Source: Octopus bimaculoides (lineage: Eukaryota). From it: 64,000 nt of DNA. Within the stretch, counting starts at the first letter, position 1. Each line of letters opens with the position of its first letter. Made by a program: the position numbers and the translations under genes. Location: assembly GCF_001194135.2 (NCBI RefSeq), contig NC_068989.1:69805073-69869072 (forward strand). Direction: 5' to 3'. Below the pieces are notes generated by a model. The model worked only from the letters and a program-made list of their open reading frames with translations. It searched no databases and was not told the DNA's origin. This document shows, one piece after another, positions 13,777 through 27,685 of the stretch.

Positions 13777-13990
13777 GGTGGCAAACTGGCAGGATCATTA
13801 GTATGCAGGGCATGCTTAGTGGTATTTCATGTCTTTACATTCTGATTTCAAATTCTGCCATGGTCAACTTTGCTTTTCATCCTTTCAGAGTTGATAGAAT
13901 AAATACCATTTGAACGCCTTGGGAGTTGATGTAATCAACTTACCCCTCCCTTTAAATTGCTGGCCTTGTGCCAAAATTTGAGACCGTTAT
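13775..13990 (+). mobile_element. tRNA-derived SINE family M with core ttcatcctttcggggt.gataaaat.agtaccag
   Basis: Head aaggtggc.agctggcagaatc.ttagc, B-box-like gagttcaaat. The core resembles the Meta/MESC-type SINE domain (recalled, unverified). Copies at 17645-17870, 44834-45041, 47815-47985, 56150-56370, 59925-60135 (+); 41255-41625 (two, -). Confidence 0.75.
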
Positions 13991-15444
13991 TATTACTAAC
14001 AAAACTGAAGGCACATAGTCTAGTGGTTAGGGTGTTCCATTCATGATTGTATGATTGTGGTTTCAATTCCCAGACTGAGAAGTATATTGTATTCTTGATC
14101 AAAACACTTCATTTCATGTTTGCCCCAGTCTGCTCAGCTTTAAATGAGTTCCAACAATAACTAGGAAATTAACACTGCAATGGACCAGCATCTCATCCAG
14201 GTGAGTGGGGAATGTTGTACTCTCATTCACTTCTGTACCATGGAATCAAGATTAAACTCTAGCCTTATGACTCCTGGGGCTACTCACACCTTTAGGTCTG
14301 TAAGTCAAGTAAAACTTCTGTTATGATATTGAGACAAGACTGCTCCACAAAACATGTTTTTATCTTTTCTTTACCTTTTTTCTGGTGTTTATTCTTTCAC
14401 CTAGATTTTATAACCATCATACTCATATAATGTCTGCTTTCCATGCTGGCATGGGTTTGACAGTTTGACTGGAAATGGTAAGCCAGAGGGTTGCATTAGG
14501 TTCCAGTCTGATCTGACATGGTTTCTACAGCTGGATGCCCTTCCTAACACTAACCACTCAAAAAGTGTAATGCATATATTTTCATAAATTTACATTTTAC
14601 AAAAGTTTCAGTTTTTAAATCTGTTCTAAGAAGTATGCTTCCTAACTACATGGTTCCAGGTTCTGTCCCACTACATGGCACTTTGTGCAAGTGCCTTCTA
14701 TTATAGTCCTAAGCTTTGTGAGTGAATATTTTGCTAGATGGAAACTGAAAGAAGGCTGTAGAATGTGTGTGTGTGTCATTGTGTTTGTCCCTCACCACCA
14801 CTGTACAACTAGTGCTGGTTTGTTTAGATCCCTGTAACTTAGCGATTGAGCAAAAGAGACATAGAATAAGTACCAGGCTTTAAAAAAATAAGCATTGGGG
14901 TTGAATTGTTTGCCTAAACCTTTCAAGGCAGTGTCCCAGCATGGCTGCAGTCCAATGATTGAAACAAGAAAAAAAAACATTTCATGAACAATGTGTTGTA
15001 TGTTTGTTTATTGGATTCCATTTTTTTAATTAATACAAATCCTTATTGAGTTAAGATATGAAGACTTAAGCCATTTCATCACTGATATTTCACTTTTATT
15101 TATGTATTCGTTGTGTGGATTTGTTATTCTTTCAAATTAAGATGTTAAATGATTATAGGAATAATTATTTAGTAAGCTTAACAAGATACCTCATGCAAAC
15201 TAACTTGTTGATTCATCTAATAATCAATGGCTGCCTTTTGCTTTTTTTTTTTCTTTTGGTGAAAAGAAATGACTTAGCACTCTCTCTAAAAAGCAGAGTA
15301 ACGCATAAATTTATGGTGAGCTAAGAGCTTATGATTTGGTATTGTTTCCTGGTTGAAGTGTCACACATTATGAATGCTTTTAAGAAATATCTTAAATTTT
15401 ATTTTCATCTCTAAAAACTTCTAAGAAGTGATTATTTCTGGGTG

Positions 15445-15815
15445 CAGCATTAGGTGGCTAAGAAGCTCACTTTGCAACCTTGTGGCTTCAGGTTCAGTAC
15501 CACTGTGCAGCACCTTGGTCAAGTGTCTTCCACTATAATCCCAGGCCAATCAATTCTTGTGAGTGAATTTGGTAGACAGGAAGTGTCTGGAAGCCAATCA
15601 AATGTGTGTGATGTTTTGTGTCTGTTTCCTCCCCACAGCTTGACAGCCAGTGTTAGTTTGAATGTGTCCCTGTGGCCAAAGACGCTGATAGAATAAATGC
15701 CAGACTTTAAAAATATAAAATTTAATACTGGGGTCGATTTGTTCAACTAAACCCTTGAAGGTGGAATCCCAGCATGATAACAGTCCATTGGCTGAAACAA
15801 GTAAAAGACAATAAA
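15445..15815 (+). mobile_element. SINE H with tail A, full-length copy
   Basis: Same head, core and tail as the 6905 copy. Confidence 0.8.
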
Positions 15816-16983
15816 AGATTAAAAAAGAAGGAAAATATGCAAAAAAGGAAAGTTTTTTTTTTAGGTTTTGCTTTCTTTTTCTTTTCTTTTTCTTTTTTTT
15901 TTTTTGCTATATTTGTTAGAAGAAAGAATTGCTTCAAGAAATCATTTGTGTAATTTTCTTTTTCTTTCAAAACACTGTTTTGTTTGTTTGTTTTTTTGTT
16001 AGATATTCATCTTTGAAGAAACCTATATTGATCAGTTTTTGATTTGGATATTANNNNNNNNNNGATTTATTGCAAATAACATTTGTTGTTTGCATTGAGT
16101 TTTGCATAACTACTATTCATAGATCTATGATATGCTGTTAAAATAATTTCTGTAAAAAATAATTTCTGTTTGCAACAAAGCTTTTTAAACTTTTAGTGTT
16201 GACGATACACCCTCAAAATATAAAACATTTTTTTGATGCTCTATGCTTTGTTAACAACACATAATTAACAAAATCAATAAATATGCAATTAAATAGATCT
16301 CACGTGTCAACCAGTCTAATTAAATGTATGTAGAGTTGTCAGACCTCAACAGCCAAATATTCAGTAAAATTGATCAGATTTTTACGACACACCCAGAGAT
16401 TAACAGTGACACACTGCTATGAAATCTCCTGGTTTAGAGGTTTGGCTAAGTTTCAGAAGTTTAGTTTGATAGAGACAATTTACAGCTTAATTTTATACCT
16501 GTCTGCAAACCTCAAGTAGGTTTCATACTTAGCTAAGAGAAAAGTCAGGTATGCATCAAAATTGTTGTTAACTAGATAATTTTCAGAACATTGTCAATCT
16601 GATGTGTAGCCAACTGTGGAAATGACTACTAAGTTATGGAATTTTTATTCATACATAAAAAATATAAAGGTTCCCTCTTCTTTTTTTTCCTTTTTTTTTT
16701 TGTTTTTGTTTTTTGTCTTATTAAAATTGGAGAGCTAAAGTTGACCGCATTGTACAAATACAGAGGTGTTTTTAGATCAGAAATGTTATTCTCATATGAG
16801 AAAATATGATGTCAACAATAATCTGTTCCCAATATAAGTAACTGGGTATAACCCATAGCCTGTTAAGCCAAGATATCAATTCCTCAGCCAATCTGACATT
16901 CCAGATTTTTGTTAAACTTTGTTCTTTGGACTCTAGAGAGTGTAGCAAATAACTAAAGTGTCCAGAATATGAATCAGTGGTTT

Positions 16984-17192
16984 TTAACCCTATTCCTTAT
17001 ATTTCTGCTGAAATACACAGCCTTAGTTTTAATTACTTTTGAAATTATTATTGTCATTATTAATCTGGTGTTTGGAACTTAAATTGACTTGAAATTTTAA
17101 TGGTAATGTTTTAATTTAAATCACTTTAAAACTGGAAAATTGTAACATAGAACTAGGGGTAGTCTCAGGTGGATTGGTATCAAAAGGGTTAA
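16984..17192. mobile_element. MITE family P2 copy
   Basis: TTAAccct start and ggtatcaaaagggTTAA end. Confidence 0.72.
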
Positions 17193-17299
17193 GTCTGAAA
17201 CATAGTTTCAATGGGACTGAGTTTGTTTCAGTTGAATTTCAGTTATTTGTCACTATGGTATATTCCAGATATTTAGTAGGATCAGTAAAGTAAACTTCC

Positions 17300-17640
17300 A
17301 TCAAATTTCTTGGTGCATATACAAAATGATGAAATTGATACTAATTTTCAAAAGAAAAATATTATCTTAAAATAAAATTGAAATGTCTTGTTTGTATAAC
17401 TCCTCTTATGTCTCTGTCATTAACTTTACCTCCTCCTCCTCTATGATTCTTCCTCTGGCTCTGTGTATAGCATTCCTTTATTCATTGTCTGCTACTAAGC
17501 CTCTTGTGTATGCACACCCTGCATCTCTTATATTAACTCCTTTTGTATCATTCTTTTACTCTGTCTCTCCTTCTCTCTATATCAAGTAAAGTGTGACTAG
17601 AAAACTCAGATGACCAACTTGTAAATTGGCTATTATATAG
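17300..17640. repeat. Unclassified dispersed repeat, second copy at about 39320-39800
   Basis: Both share tatacaaaatgatgaaat.gata.taattttcaa and tcctcNtctatgattctt...cattccttta.tcattgtctgc...cctgcatct.ttatatta. Confidence 0.6.
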
Positions 17641-18869
17641 CGATTGTAAGGTGGCATGCTGGCAGAATCATTAGCACATCAGGCAAAATGCTCAGTGGCA
17701 TTTCATCCATTTTTATGTTCTGAGCAGAAATTCTGCCAAATTTAGACTTTGTCTTTCATTCTTTCAGGGTTGATAAGATAAGTGCCAGTTGAGCACCGGG
17801 GTTGATGTAATCGACTAGCTCTCTCCCACAAAACTGCTGGTCAAGTACCAAAATTTGAAACTGTTATAATACAGAGATTGGTCAGACCTCTAAACCTGAA
17901 ACCAGATATTTTAGGTATGGATTATTAGTAGCTACTTGTTACCAGTAAGGAGAAACATGATATTATTTCCTAGTTTTTGTACATGTATATGTGCATGTGT
18001 TTAATGATGAATTTAATTTAAAATGATGTTTTGATAAAATTATTTTGGTTAGTTAAAACTTTCAAGGTATTAAATTTTTTTCATTCTTTTTTACTGTAAA
18101 TTGAATCAAAGCTCATAGTAAGAAAAAAAAACAAAAAGCAAATTGCACTATTTAAAGCTGGTGGTCTTATATCAAAACCCAAAGGTTCAAAAGCACAGCT
18201 TTAAACTAATATAATTCTGAAAGTAGGGTGAAGACAAAATCTGTTTTTTGAAGTCTATATATATGTTAAATCATATTTATAGAGAAGAAAAATACACAGA
18301 AAATTGACATAAAAGGTGCAGGATAAGTGTACATACTAGGCTTTGTGGCATGAAATCAGTAAGGGAAAGCTACACATACACACAAGGAAAAAGAATCATA
18401 GAAGCAGAGGAAGAGAAGGAGTAAATGATAGTAGTTATGAGAAGAATTATACGGATAAGAAAATTTATATTTAATTTTGTTTTAAGCTAATATTTTTTTG
18501 TTTTTTGCTCCTGCATGGCCACAGTCAAATAAATGACTGAAACAAGTAAAAAAATAAAAGAATTTCATTATTTTATATAAACGCCAAGAAATTTGATAAA
18601 AGTTAAATCATAACTATTGTAAGCCGTATTTCCTGATATCTAAAAGTATGCTTCCAAGACAAGTTACACTTTTATATTTTGATCAAATATAAGATGCTCA
18701 TAAATATGATATAGAATGAATCATAGACAAGATGCTGCAAAAAGAGAGAAGATGGAGAAATATTTCCCTGAGTAAAGCATGACATTAAATGTACACTGTT
18801 GAATATTTATAAAGGATGGTGGTAGGTGAGCAGTGTTAAGTGCACTTTTGAAATATTGAAAAATGACAG

Positions 18870-19080
18870 GTGGTTGGGATTATTAATTTGTCAAAAATGG
18901 GTTACAAAGGATTATTGATTTACCAAAACGGGTCATACAGGATAATTAATGTACTGAAATGGGTCAGAGTAGGTAATTCATTAATTTTCCTATATGGATC
19001 GCAGAGGATTATTTCCAAAATGGATCATAAAGGATTATTGCTAAAATGGGATGTACATGATTACTGGTTGACCAGGCTGG
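18870..19080. repeat. Degenerate ~30-bp minisatellite (aaatgg(g/a)tca.a.aggattatt), 6-7 units
   Basis: Recurring aaa(t/c)gg(g/a)t and aggat.att motifs. Confidence 0.7.
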
Positions 19081-20149
19081 GTTGCGACAGTAGAATTTTA
19101 GCTTAAATCTTAGGATAAATACAATACATTAGGTAAATACTATGTCTAGTCATGCATTTATATTTTTAATTGGTTGGTCTGATAGATATATTTTTTACTT
19201 GTTTCAGTCATTAGACTGCAGTCATGCTGGTGCACCACCATGAAGAATATTTAGTTGAATGAGTCAATCCCAATCAGTCTCTTTTGCCAAACCACTAAGT
19301 TATGGGGATGTAAACATACCAACAAAGACACACATTTATATAAATACACACACACACACGATGGGCTCCTTTCAGTTTCTGTCAACCAAATCCACTCCTG
19401 TGACTTTGGTTAGCCTGAGGCTACAGTAGAAGACACTTACCCAAGGTGCCATGCAGCAGGATTGAACCTAAAACTACATACTTGCAAAGCAGGCTTCTTA
19501 ACTATGCATCCATGTCTGTGTCTCCACACACATCAGAATGGGATGATTGGGTAGCAGCTGTTGAATTGACATGGCTGACTAGACATTGAACCTTTGTGGC
19601 AACAGTACCTTTTGGTGCTGGAATCACTGGTGCACACTCACACACACACACACACACAGGTGGGGAGGAGAGAATAAGAGGAGCTTTAAAACCTCGGATG
19701 TCAAATAAATTGGCATTGAATCAACAATGCCAAATAAGCATGTGTGTGTTCGTGTTTCTTGTCTTAAAACTGTGCATTTGTTGTAAATGAGTGTCACCAT
19801 CACAAGCAGTATCATTTCATTTCTAGTCTTCCATTTAAGCAAGTCATGCCATAGAGAAATATTTGGTTGCTTGGAAACAGGCAAGGGTAGGCTTCAGGAA
19901 GAGGATTCATTTGTAGAAAATCTGTCTCAATGAATTTCATCTGACCCATGCAAGCATGGGAAATTGGACATTATGATGACAATGTCTATTATGAATAAGA
20001 CGCATCATAACCTTTATTGTAATCAAAACAATTATAATATTTAAATACTAAGAAACAGAAAAAGAAGAGAGATAAGAAAGAAAAAGAAAAGAAAAAAGGG
20101 AGTTGAAACAGTAGAAGTTGAAGGAGGAAGGGGCAATGGGCCACACACC

Positions 20150-20410
20150 CCAGAAGAAATAGTCTGCTCAGCCGTACTCTGTGATAATGACAGTAATTGT
20201 GCTACCACAGAGAATGGCCAATGACTTGCTGCAGCAACCACTCCACCCCATGGGGCTCATTTCTCCAACTGGTTGCCATTATCCCGATTTTGCAGAGGAA
20301 ATCAGTAGAACGGGGTCCAAGAATACCTGACAACTCAATGGCAACTGGCAGAAACTGACAGCAGCTGGTCAGACGCCTGTGTTTATTGATTGTTCTCTCC
20401 GTTATGCATA
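20150..20410 (-). mobile_element. C-terminal fragment of a CRE-like (REL-endonuclease) non-LTR retrotransposon
   Basis: ORF 20202-20435 contains FLPVAIELSGILGPRSTDFL..IG.....RNEP....WLLQ, resembling the VPVAIET.G..G....FL / WL.QRIS motif recalled for CRE-clade elements. Confidence 0.6.
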
Positions 20411-21457
20411 AGTGTAGATTGTTGATGTGTTGCATAGGTTGGGAATGAATTGTAGAGAGTTGTGGTTCTGGGGATGAAGACCTTGGAGAAAAATTCTCAT
20501 GGCACTTGATTCTAATTCAAGATACATTCTGCTGAATAAAAAGATTGACTTAACTTGTAATTTAGGAAAAAATGTAGTTTACATATTCAAACCAAAACTT
20601 CGAATCTCTTAGGAATGCATTCAGTGTGTACAAAACAGACTTTTAATTTTGTTGTTTAGACAATGTATATTCATCAACATCATCTTCATTTTAACATCCA
20701 CTTTTCCATTCTTGCTTGGGTGAGACAGAATTTGTTGAGGCAGATTTTCTATAGTCGGATGCCCTTCCTTTTGCCAACACTCACCTGTTTCCAAGCAAGG
20801 TAATGTTTCTCAATGTTCAGAGATAGCTTCATGAAAGCTTGGAAATAGACACCTGTTGTATGATGGTGACATCATTTACAATTGTCAAGATGAGGTGATA
20901 CACATGTATACACATGTATACACATGTATACACATGTATACACACACAAAACGAGTTTCTTTCAGGTTCTGTCTACCAATGTTTCCATTGGCATGAGGTT
21001 TTTATTAAGATATATGCTTGAGGTGCCATGCAGTGGGACTGAACCCAAAACCATGTAATTTGGAAGCAAACTTGTTAACTACAGAGCCATGCTTGTATAT
21101 TTATTGTTTTATGTAGATTTTAAAAAAATTATTTCATTATTTTGAATTAGATGTGTGTGAGAGAGAGAGAGAGAGAGAGAAGAGCAGAAAAAGATGTATT
21201 TTACAAATGTTTGTATGTATCAACATACATCACCAAATATATTACATAGGATATATATATATATATCCATTTGAATTGGATAATGTACATTACTGTGTTT
21301 GTTATTAGCTTCCGCAGTATGAAATGTAAGAACTGAGCCCAGAAATAAGCAGCTTTGTAATAGATACTGTAAAGCATTTCATATAGCTTTATATTGTTCA
21401 TACCTATTGCAGGATATGTGCAAGTGTATGTATTTATGCGTGTGCTGGTGTATTGTG

Positions 21458-21521
<64 letters not shown>

Positions 21522-22994
21522 GTATTTGTGTGTGTGTGTATGTCTGCTTAATATTTGTGTAATTACTCCAGGCAGAACAACAGACATTTGTTCAGGCATT
21601 CTCATAGACATTGCTCTTTATGGATGCAGTAGTGAAAGCTCTTATGATTTAGAAGTACTGCCATTGAGTTGCAGTTGGATTAAATATGATTGTTCATAAA
21701 AGCATATTTTCATGCTGATTATCACATAATTAATAAGAATTTTTTTTTTTTATATATATAGTTGCAGGCATGTCTGACCATTATTTATATTGTTATCTGG
21801 TTTAAGTTTGAGGACGCAAGCTGATTAAAAAATAACATTAAATAGAAAAAGCACATTTTCATAAGCCTTTCCCTTCATGTTTTACTGAAGCTATTTTTAA
21901 AATTGAAGCAGTCATTTGTTTTTTGATATGTGTTGTGTTAGTGGTTTTTTTAATGGGGTTTTGTTTGCTTTTGAAGGGGACAAGATCGACACAATCCCAT
22001 TATGATCACCATCATCATAAGTTCCATGTCAAGTTGCTTCTTGTCTGTTACTGTTGAGGATGCATTAAGAACAGTGGTTTGGCAGAATTGTTAGAGCATC
22101 GAAATAAAATGTTTTGTGGTATTTCTTCCAATTCTTTACATTCTCAGCTCAAATCCCTCAAAAGTCAACTAGACCTTTCATCTCTCTGCTGGTCAAGGAA
22201 ATAAACTACTTTGAAATTTCTAGCCTTCTGTCTAAATCAAAAACCATTCTTAAGGATTCATTAATTTTAGATGATGCAAAGAATAAGTAGAAATGCCTTG
22301 ATGATAGAAGTTGCTGAGTAGATTCACTGTTGAATTTCACAGGCATATCTTCCATTGTCTTATCTAAACACTATGATTTGGGCAAGAAAAATTACTGTAG
22401 ATCTTACATGTCTGGTACCAAACATGTGAACAAAAGTGTTGAAACCATATTTGAATTGCTCTTGCATTTTGATTGTAAATTCTATACAAAAGTTCGTTTT
22501 CCTCCTTGTGTCCATGCATCGCATGAAAACACATTCCCTATATATTTCCATCCTTTAGCATTCAGATTACTCTGTCAAATGTAAGGCTTATTTATCCACA
22601 TTGTTTTGAACTTAACATACATCATCTTTAGCTTTGAGATTTCAGTGATGTGATTGTTTATTTTTAGAAAGACATTGTAGGTCAGGTGTGAGAGACCCGA
22701 TCTCGTCAGTTTGAACATAAAACAGGTAGAATATTTTGGGCCTAATATGGTTGGTTTGAATATTAAAGTGTTACTTAGTTTTCAAAAAGTTAAAATTTAT
22801 AGGAATTTAGTAAAATATATAACCTTTTTTTTTATAAGTTATTGGTAGAACATAACAAAAGATTCTTATATAAAATCATGCAGGAAGGTTTGTTTTATGT
22901 TAGATATTAATAATAATTTTAAACAAGTAATTTTGTGTCTTAAAATGAAAGGTAGTCACAGACAGGTTAGTTTCCAGTGGCCTAATCTACCACA

Positions 22995-23315
22995 TACATT
23001 CACCAAGTACATCACCTTTATGAAAATTGCTTTTCTCGTTGCCAGTGCTGCTGGAGTGGCTCCTTTGCAGGTGGCACGTAAAATACACCATTTTGAGCGT
23101 GGCCATTGCCAGTACCGTCTGACTGGCCTTTGTGCCGGTGGCACATAAAAGCACCCACTACACTCTTGGAGTGGTTGGCGTAAGGAAGGGCATCCAGCTG
23201 TAGAAACTGCCAAATCAAATTGGAGCCTGGTGTAGCCATCTGGTTCGCCAGTCCTCAGTCACATTGTCCAACTCATGCTAGCACGGAAAGTGGATGTTAA
23301 ACAATGATGATGATG
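22995..23315 (+). mobile_element. RTE 3' UTR and tail fragment
   Basis: Same ~65-bp units and gaagggcatccagctgtagaaac...(GAT)n end as the 45560 element. Other RTE 3' fragments at 1-300 (-), 14410-14575 (-), 55860-56040 (-) and 63640-63845 (+). Confidence 0.8.
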
Positions 23316-23363
<48 letters not shown>

Positions 23364-25619
23364 TGATTTTTTTCTATTGCCTTTGCAGGCACAAAATGGT
23401 GATACTTTTAAAAATTTGCTAATGCTCTTTAAAAGGTCAAAAGTTTTTATTCTACAGGCTTTCAAAAGATCTTATTAGTTTATGAGGAAGAAACAACTTC
23501 TGTGACTGGCATGTTAGCCCAGTCCTACTGACTTTCTTGGGTGGGTGACAATGTATCGCCTAGTTTAACACCACCCACTACTTGGCTCTGAGGGAGGTGA
23601 GGGTACATTAACGGAGTTGACTTTGTTGCAAGCTTTTGCACTAGGTCTCTGATCTGACCATAACTTCCCCCTCTGGCTTTATATTGTAGGGTTCTATGGT
23701 TCTCTAAATATGGCTAGGATATTAGCATTCAAAAGTATATCTGAGATTTTTGGTGTTCTTTTGCTTTTTATGATATTGGCTTGGACTCATTCAGACTCAA
23801 AGGTATTCCTATAATATTTTCCTTTATAACCTTAATATACATGAAATTTCCATAATTGCCTTATTTCATGGATTACCTTTTGGTTATTTCCAGGTAACTC
23901 TTTATTTTTGTTGTGCATCGTATATCCCTGCAGTTCTTTCAGTTGGCTCTTTAATGTTCATGACAAAATTTACATAATTTCATATGGTAAAATGCTAAAT
24001 GTCAGGAGAGATGGCCAACTGAATTTCAATATTGAATTGCCTGCCTCTAGCTCTTTAGTTACAAACATCTTGTTTTCATAAGTTCTGAATTAAAATCTTC
24101 CACCAGACCTTAGTCACAGTTTATGTTCCTAACACTAGCTTAATGATAAGTTATTTTACTAAATTCTTTGTTATATTTAAAATTAATTGAACGAAACACA
24201 TTGAGCATCTCCAAAGAAATAAGGGTAACAGAAGGGTTAATGGTGTTTCTAATAAAGCCAGTTTATTCAACATCATCTTAGTCCACCTGACTATTAAGAG
24301 TTAAAGTTCACTACTCCCTCAGTTCACCTTATGGTTAGATCCAGTTGTTGATCGCTTGTCTTTAAAAGTTTATTCCATTTGAATTGCAATATTTGGTGAT
24401 TTTGTAGCCCCATGGTATATGAATACATTGTTAATTCTGTAACTGTTTATGTTCAAGGAGTGTAAGTAACAGTTGAGAGCCCTGACCTGCCTGTTTTCTT
24501 AAAAAGAAATCACTTTCAACTTCCATCAAGCTTTACTGAATAACATTCTGTTATTAATAATTTGTTGCATGCACAGAGAACAGTGAAAAATCAAAACAGT
24601 GACATAACAAAAATGACATAATATATTCATTCTTAAGAAGTTTGTCTCCATAGACAAAATACATCTGTGATTAGTGTGTTCCTATTCAAATCTGACAGAA
24701 CATATTGAGAATGATTATGGATGCCATTATTCTTTTATTGCACTAACTGCAATGCCTTTTCTTGTTTAATATAATATAGATCTTTTGTTGTAAGATGGCT
24801 TTTAATGAACAATATAGATGTGATCTAAGTTACATAATGCTGTAACTATGTGATCACTATAAATGAATCGTTTTTGTTTGTTCTTTTTGTGTGTTTGTTT
24901 TCAGAACTAGATCATGTTTATATGTGACTGCTTTTCTAAACCAAAGCAAAAAAAAAAAAAAAAATTCAGTTACAAAAACTTCTTTAATTTTATTTACTAT
25001 TTATTGCAGTTTTTTTTAAATATCATTTGTTAATAAATATATTAAAAACTCTTTTGTTTTTATTTTAATTGTTAACTGACAGTTTAATTACTTAGAGTTA
25101 AATCCTCTTTTTAGTCTGCTTCATTAGGTATCCATATTGCTTTTGTTTTGTATTGTTTTCCACTCACTTTTATGTCTTCCTTTAAAATAACATTTTCAAG
25201 ATCTATAAAATAGATTGTTTTTCAAAAAGCAACATAATTTATTGATTCCAATTAATAACTTTGAAACTCTCCATCATTGATGGTAACATCAATTTTTTAA
25301 CATATTATTAAACATTTTGTGTTTCTGTTTTTTTCTTTTTGGGGGTGGGGTAGTGGTATTGTCTTTATTTTTTTGTTTTTGTTTTTTGTAGTAATTCTTA
25401 ATGTTGTAAATCTTTGGATATTGTAGTTTATATCAGTTTTTATTCTTCTTTAAATGTTAAACTTTGAATTATAACTGTAAAAGGTTCTAATCAAGAAATT
25501 TTCTTCATGCAAGTTTTTCAAGGTATATCTTTAGGTGACTGCTTGCTTTTTTATCCTGATTTCCATTTTTCCTCTCCTTTGAGCAAAATCTTAAATTATG
25601 TCTTTTTATTTTCTTTTAG

Positions 25620-25699
25620 TGCCAGCGAGCTTGGATTGAGAGAGTCTTTTGTAAACGAGAATGTATTAGATTTATTCCCAGTTCCAGAGATCACTCAAA
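25620..25699 (+). CDS. TRPM: TRPM-family cation channel, N-terminal coding exon (80 nt, phase 0 to 2): [26 protein letters not shown]-aa
   Basis: Acceptor ttttcttttAG (25618-25619) and donor GTAAGA (25700). The peptide matches the TRPM1/3/6/7 N-terminal motif (TRPM3 [20 protein letters not shown], recalled). The ORF track shows a different frame here. Confidence 0.93.
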
Positions 25700-27519
25700 G
25701 TAAGACTTTTTTCGTTATTTTATCACATGTTAACACTGAACAAGAGAACTTTTACTGACTTGCATCTTACTTGCTTTGGAATAATTTGTGGGTCACTCTA
25801 CTTTAAACTTTCATTGGTTTCTGCCCTTTCCCCCTAATTTTTTTATATTTTGATATACCTTAATTTTTTTTTTTTAATAATCACTAAAAATGTTCCTGTA
25901 AGATTTTCCCATGGGGAGCTAGAACAACATGAAACGAAGTGTTTAGCTCAAAAAGACAACATGCCACCCAACCTGGGAATCGACCCCATGATCTAGCAAT
26001 CATGAGTGCAACAGCCTAACCACTAGGCCATGTACCTTCACCTGTATGTATATATCATAAATATTTAAAATCCAACTTAAAGAGCTGTAGAGATGTACTG
26101 TGCAAGACAAAGAATTGTCCAGTAATAATTTTGAACTCATATATCAAAAAAGACAATTGTGGAAAAATAATATATTAAAAGCATTAGTATTGTTACTTTT
26201 TTTTTATATCAAAATAGCAGATCTTTAATTAGCTTGAGTCTAACTAATGCCATTTTTGGAATCAACATTCTAAATATACTCAATCAAGTCTTACTTCTGA
26301 GGAAACAAAATGTAAGGCACAACTGATGTCCTGAATTTCAATGCATTATTGTATACATCGGTATATAAAGAGGTATCTTGTGTCTCCAAAAATAGAGATG
26401 ATGGGGGATAAAATCAATATATTACAATTGTGCACCCTGGATAATGTAAATTAATATATTTCTTTAAAAATTATTTGATAGATAAGCAAGCCAAAACCAT
26501 GTCATAAAAGGAACAAACTAAAGATTAAATCATTGTTAACCAAAAAAGAAAAATTAAGAGGAAATATGATAAAAAAGAACTTCCTTAAAGTTAGTCTCTT
26601 TATTCATGTATAACCAGTATATTTTTTCCAAATTTTTAAACCCAGATACACATTGTACATGAGAACTAAACTGTTACACCTACCTTTGTATTAAAGCTCT
26701 TATTGTACACAATTTGTCTCATGAAATGACACATGAAACACTGGTGGGAGTAAAATGTTTTATCACGATTTATAATTTTAAATGTTGTTTCATTGTATTA
26801 AGATACTGTTTTGTTTTGTATTTAATTCTTTTTTAAATTAATAAAAAAACAGTTTTGGTGAGACTAAATTCCAAAAGTTTAGAAACAGTCACTTAATGTG
26901 GAAATAAGTGTCATGTTGATAATGTGTTCACTACTCTGTTGGTAATGTGCATTCACTACTATGTTGGTTATATGTGTTCACCATAAAACATAAAAATCTG
27001 CAGATATCCAGTTGTTATTTAATCGCAGGTTTGCCCTTATCCAGCAGACCTATGTTGAAAAGTATACATCCTGACCACCCCATCATGTTTTCAAATATAG
27101 GGTTTTATTCTTGGTGTTCTGTTTTTCAAAAAAATGCTTGAATATGATTTGAGGGAGATTTGTTTGTTATTTCTAGCAGTTTTATTGATCACATAAATGT
27201 TACCCCACAAGCCTGAACAAATATTTGTTGTGGTTTAATAGTAGGTCTTAAGACCTAATTCACAATAATCTTGCTGTTATGATTTGCTGTTGCCACATCT
27301 CCATCACCTGTAAAAACTTGTAAAAAGCCACATAAAGTTCAGCGTATATAAAGGTATTTTTACAAAGTGGTTATGTTCTCCAGGAACCAGTTAATTTCAG
27401 TAAAGTAATGCTTTCATAATTTGATATACGACAACACAGATCAGTAGACAGTATGTTATTACACTAAATGTGATATATCTTCTTTATGTTTTTACTTTTG
27501 CCTTTATCACTCCTTGCAG

Positions 27520-27685
27520 ATGTTGTTGTGGACGGGAAGAAGATAGACATGTTGCCCTTACACGGGAAATTGCTGCTGACTATACAGAAGAACGTTGGCA
27601 TCCGCTCCGCCACACTGAAGTGAAACCAACAGATGCTTATGGGACAATAGAATTTCAGGGAGCCCCACATCCAAGTAAAGCACAG
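27520..27685 (+). CDS. TRPM: TRPM-family cation channel, next coding exon (166 nt, phase 2 to 0): a-CCCGREEDRHVALTREIAADYTEERWHPLRHTEVKPTDAYGTIEFQGAPHPSKAQ
   Basis: Acceptor tccttgcAG (27518-27519) and donor GTAAAT (27686). Splices in frame with 25620-25699 (AA+A = Lys) across an 1820-nt intron. CCCG...W...HT...PTDAYGTIEFQG..HP.KAQ is the MHR1 start of TRPM channels. Confidence 0.96.

Noticed and set aside
16420-16440. ATG-MKSPGLE ending in phase 0 (alternative first exon)
   Set aside because: Weak donor (gtttgg) and poor Kozak context; chance occurrence likely.
25507-25758. 83-aa ORF overlapping the first confirmed TRPM exon
   Set aside because: Wrong frame. The TRPM-homologous, splice-consistent frame starts at 25620.
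27027-27059. Possible 33-nt phase 2-2 microexon between the two TRPM exons
   Set aside because: Lies within a copy of the dispersed ttggctgctatttcta repeat family, and the donor (gtatac) is weak.
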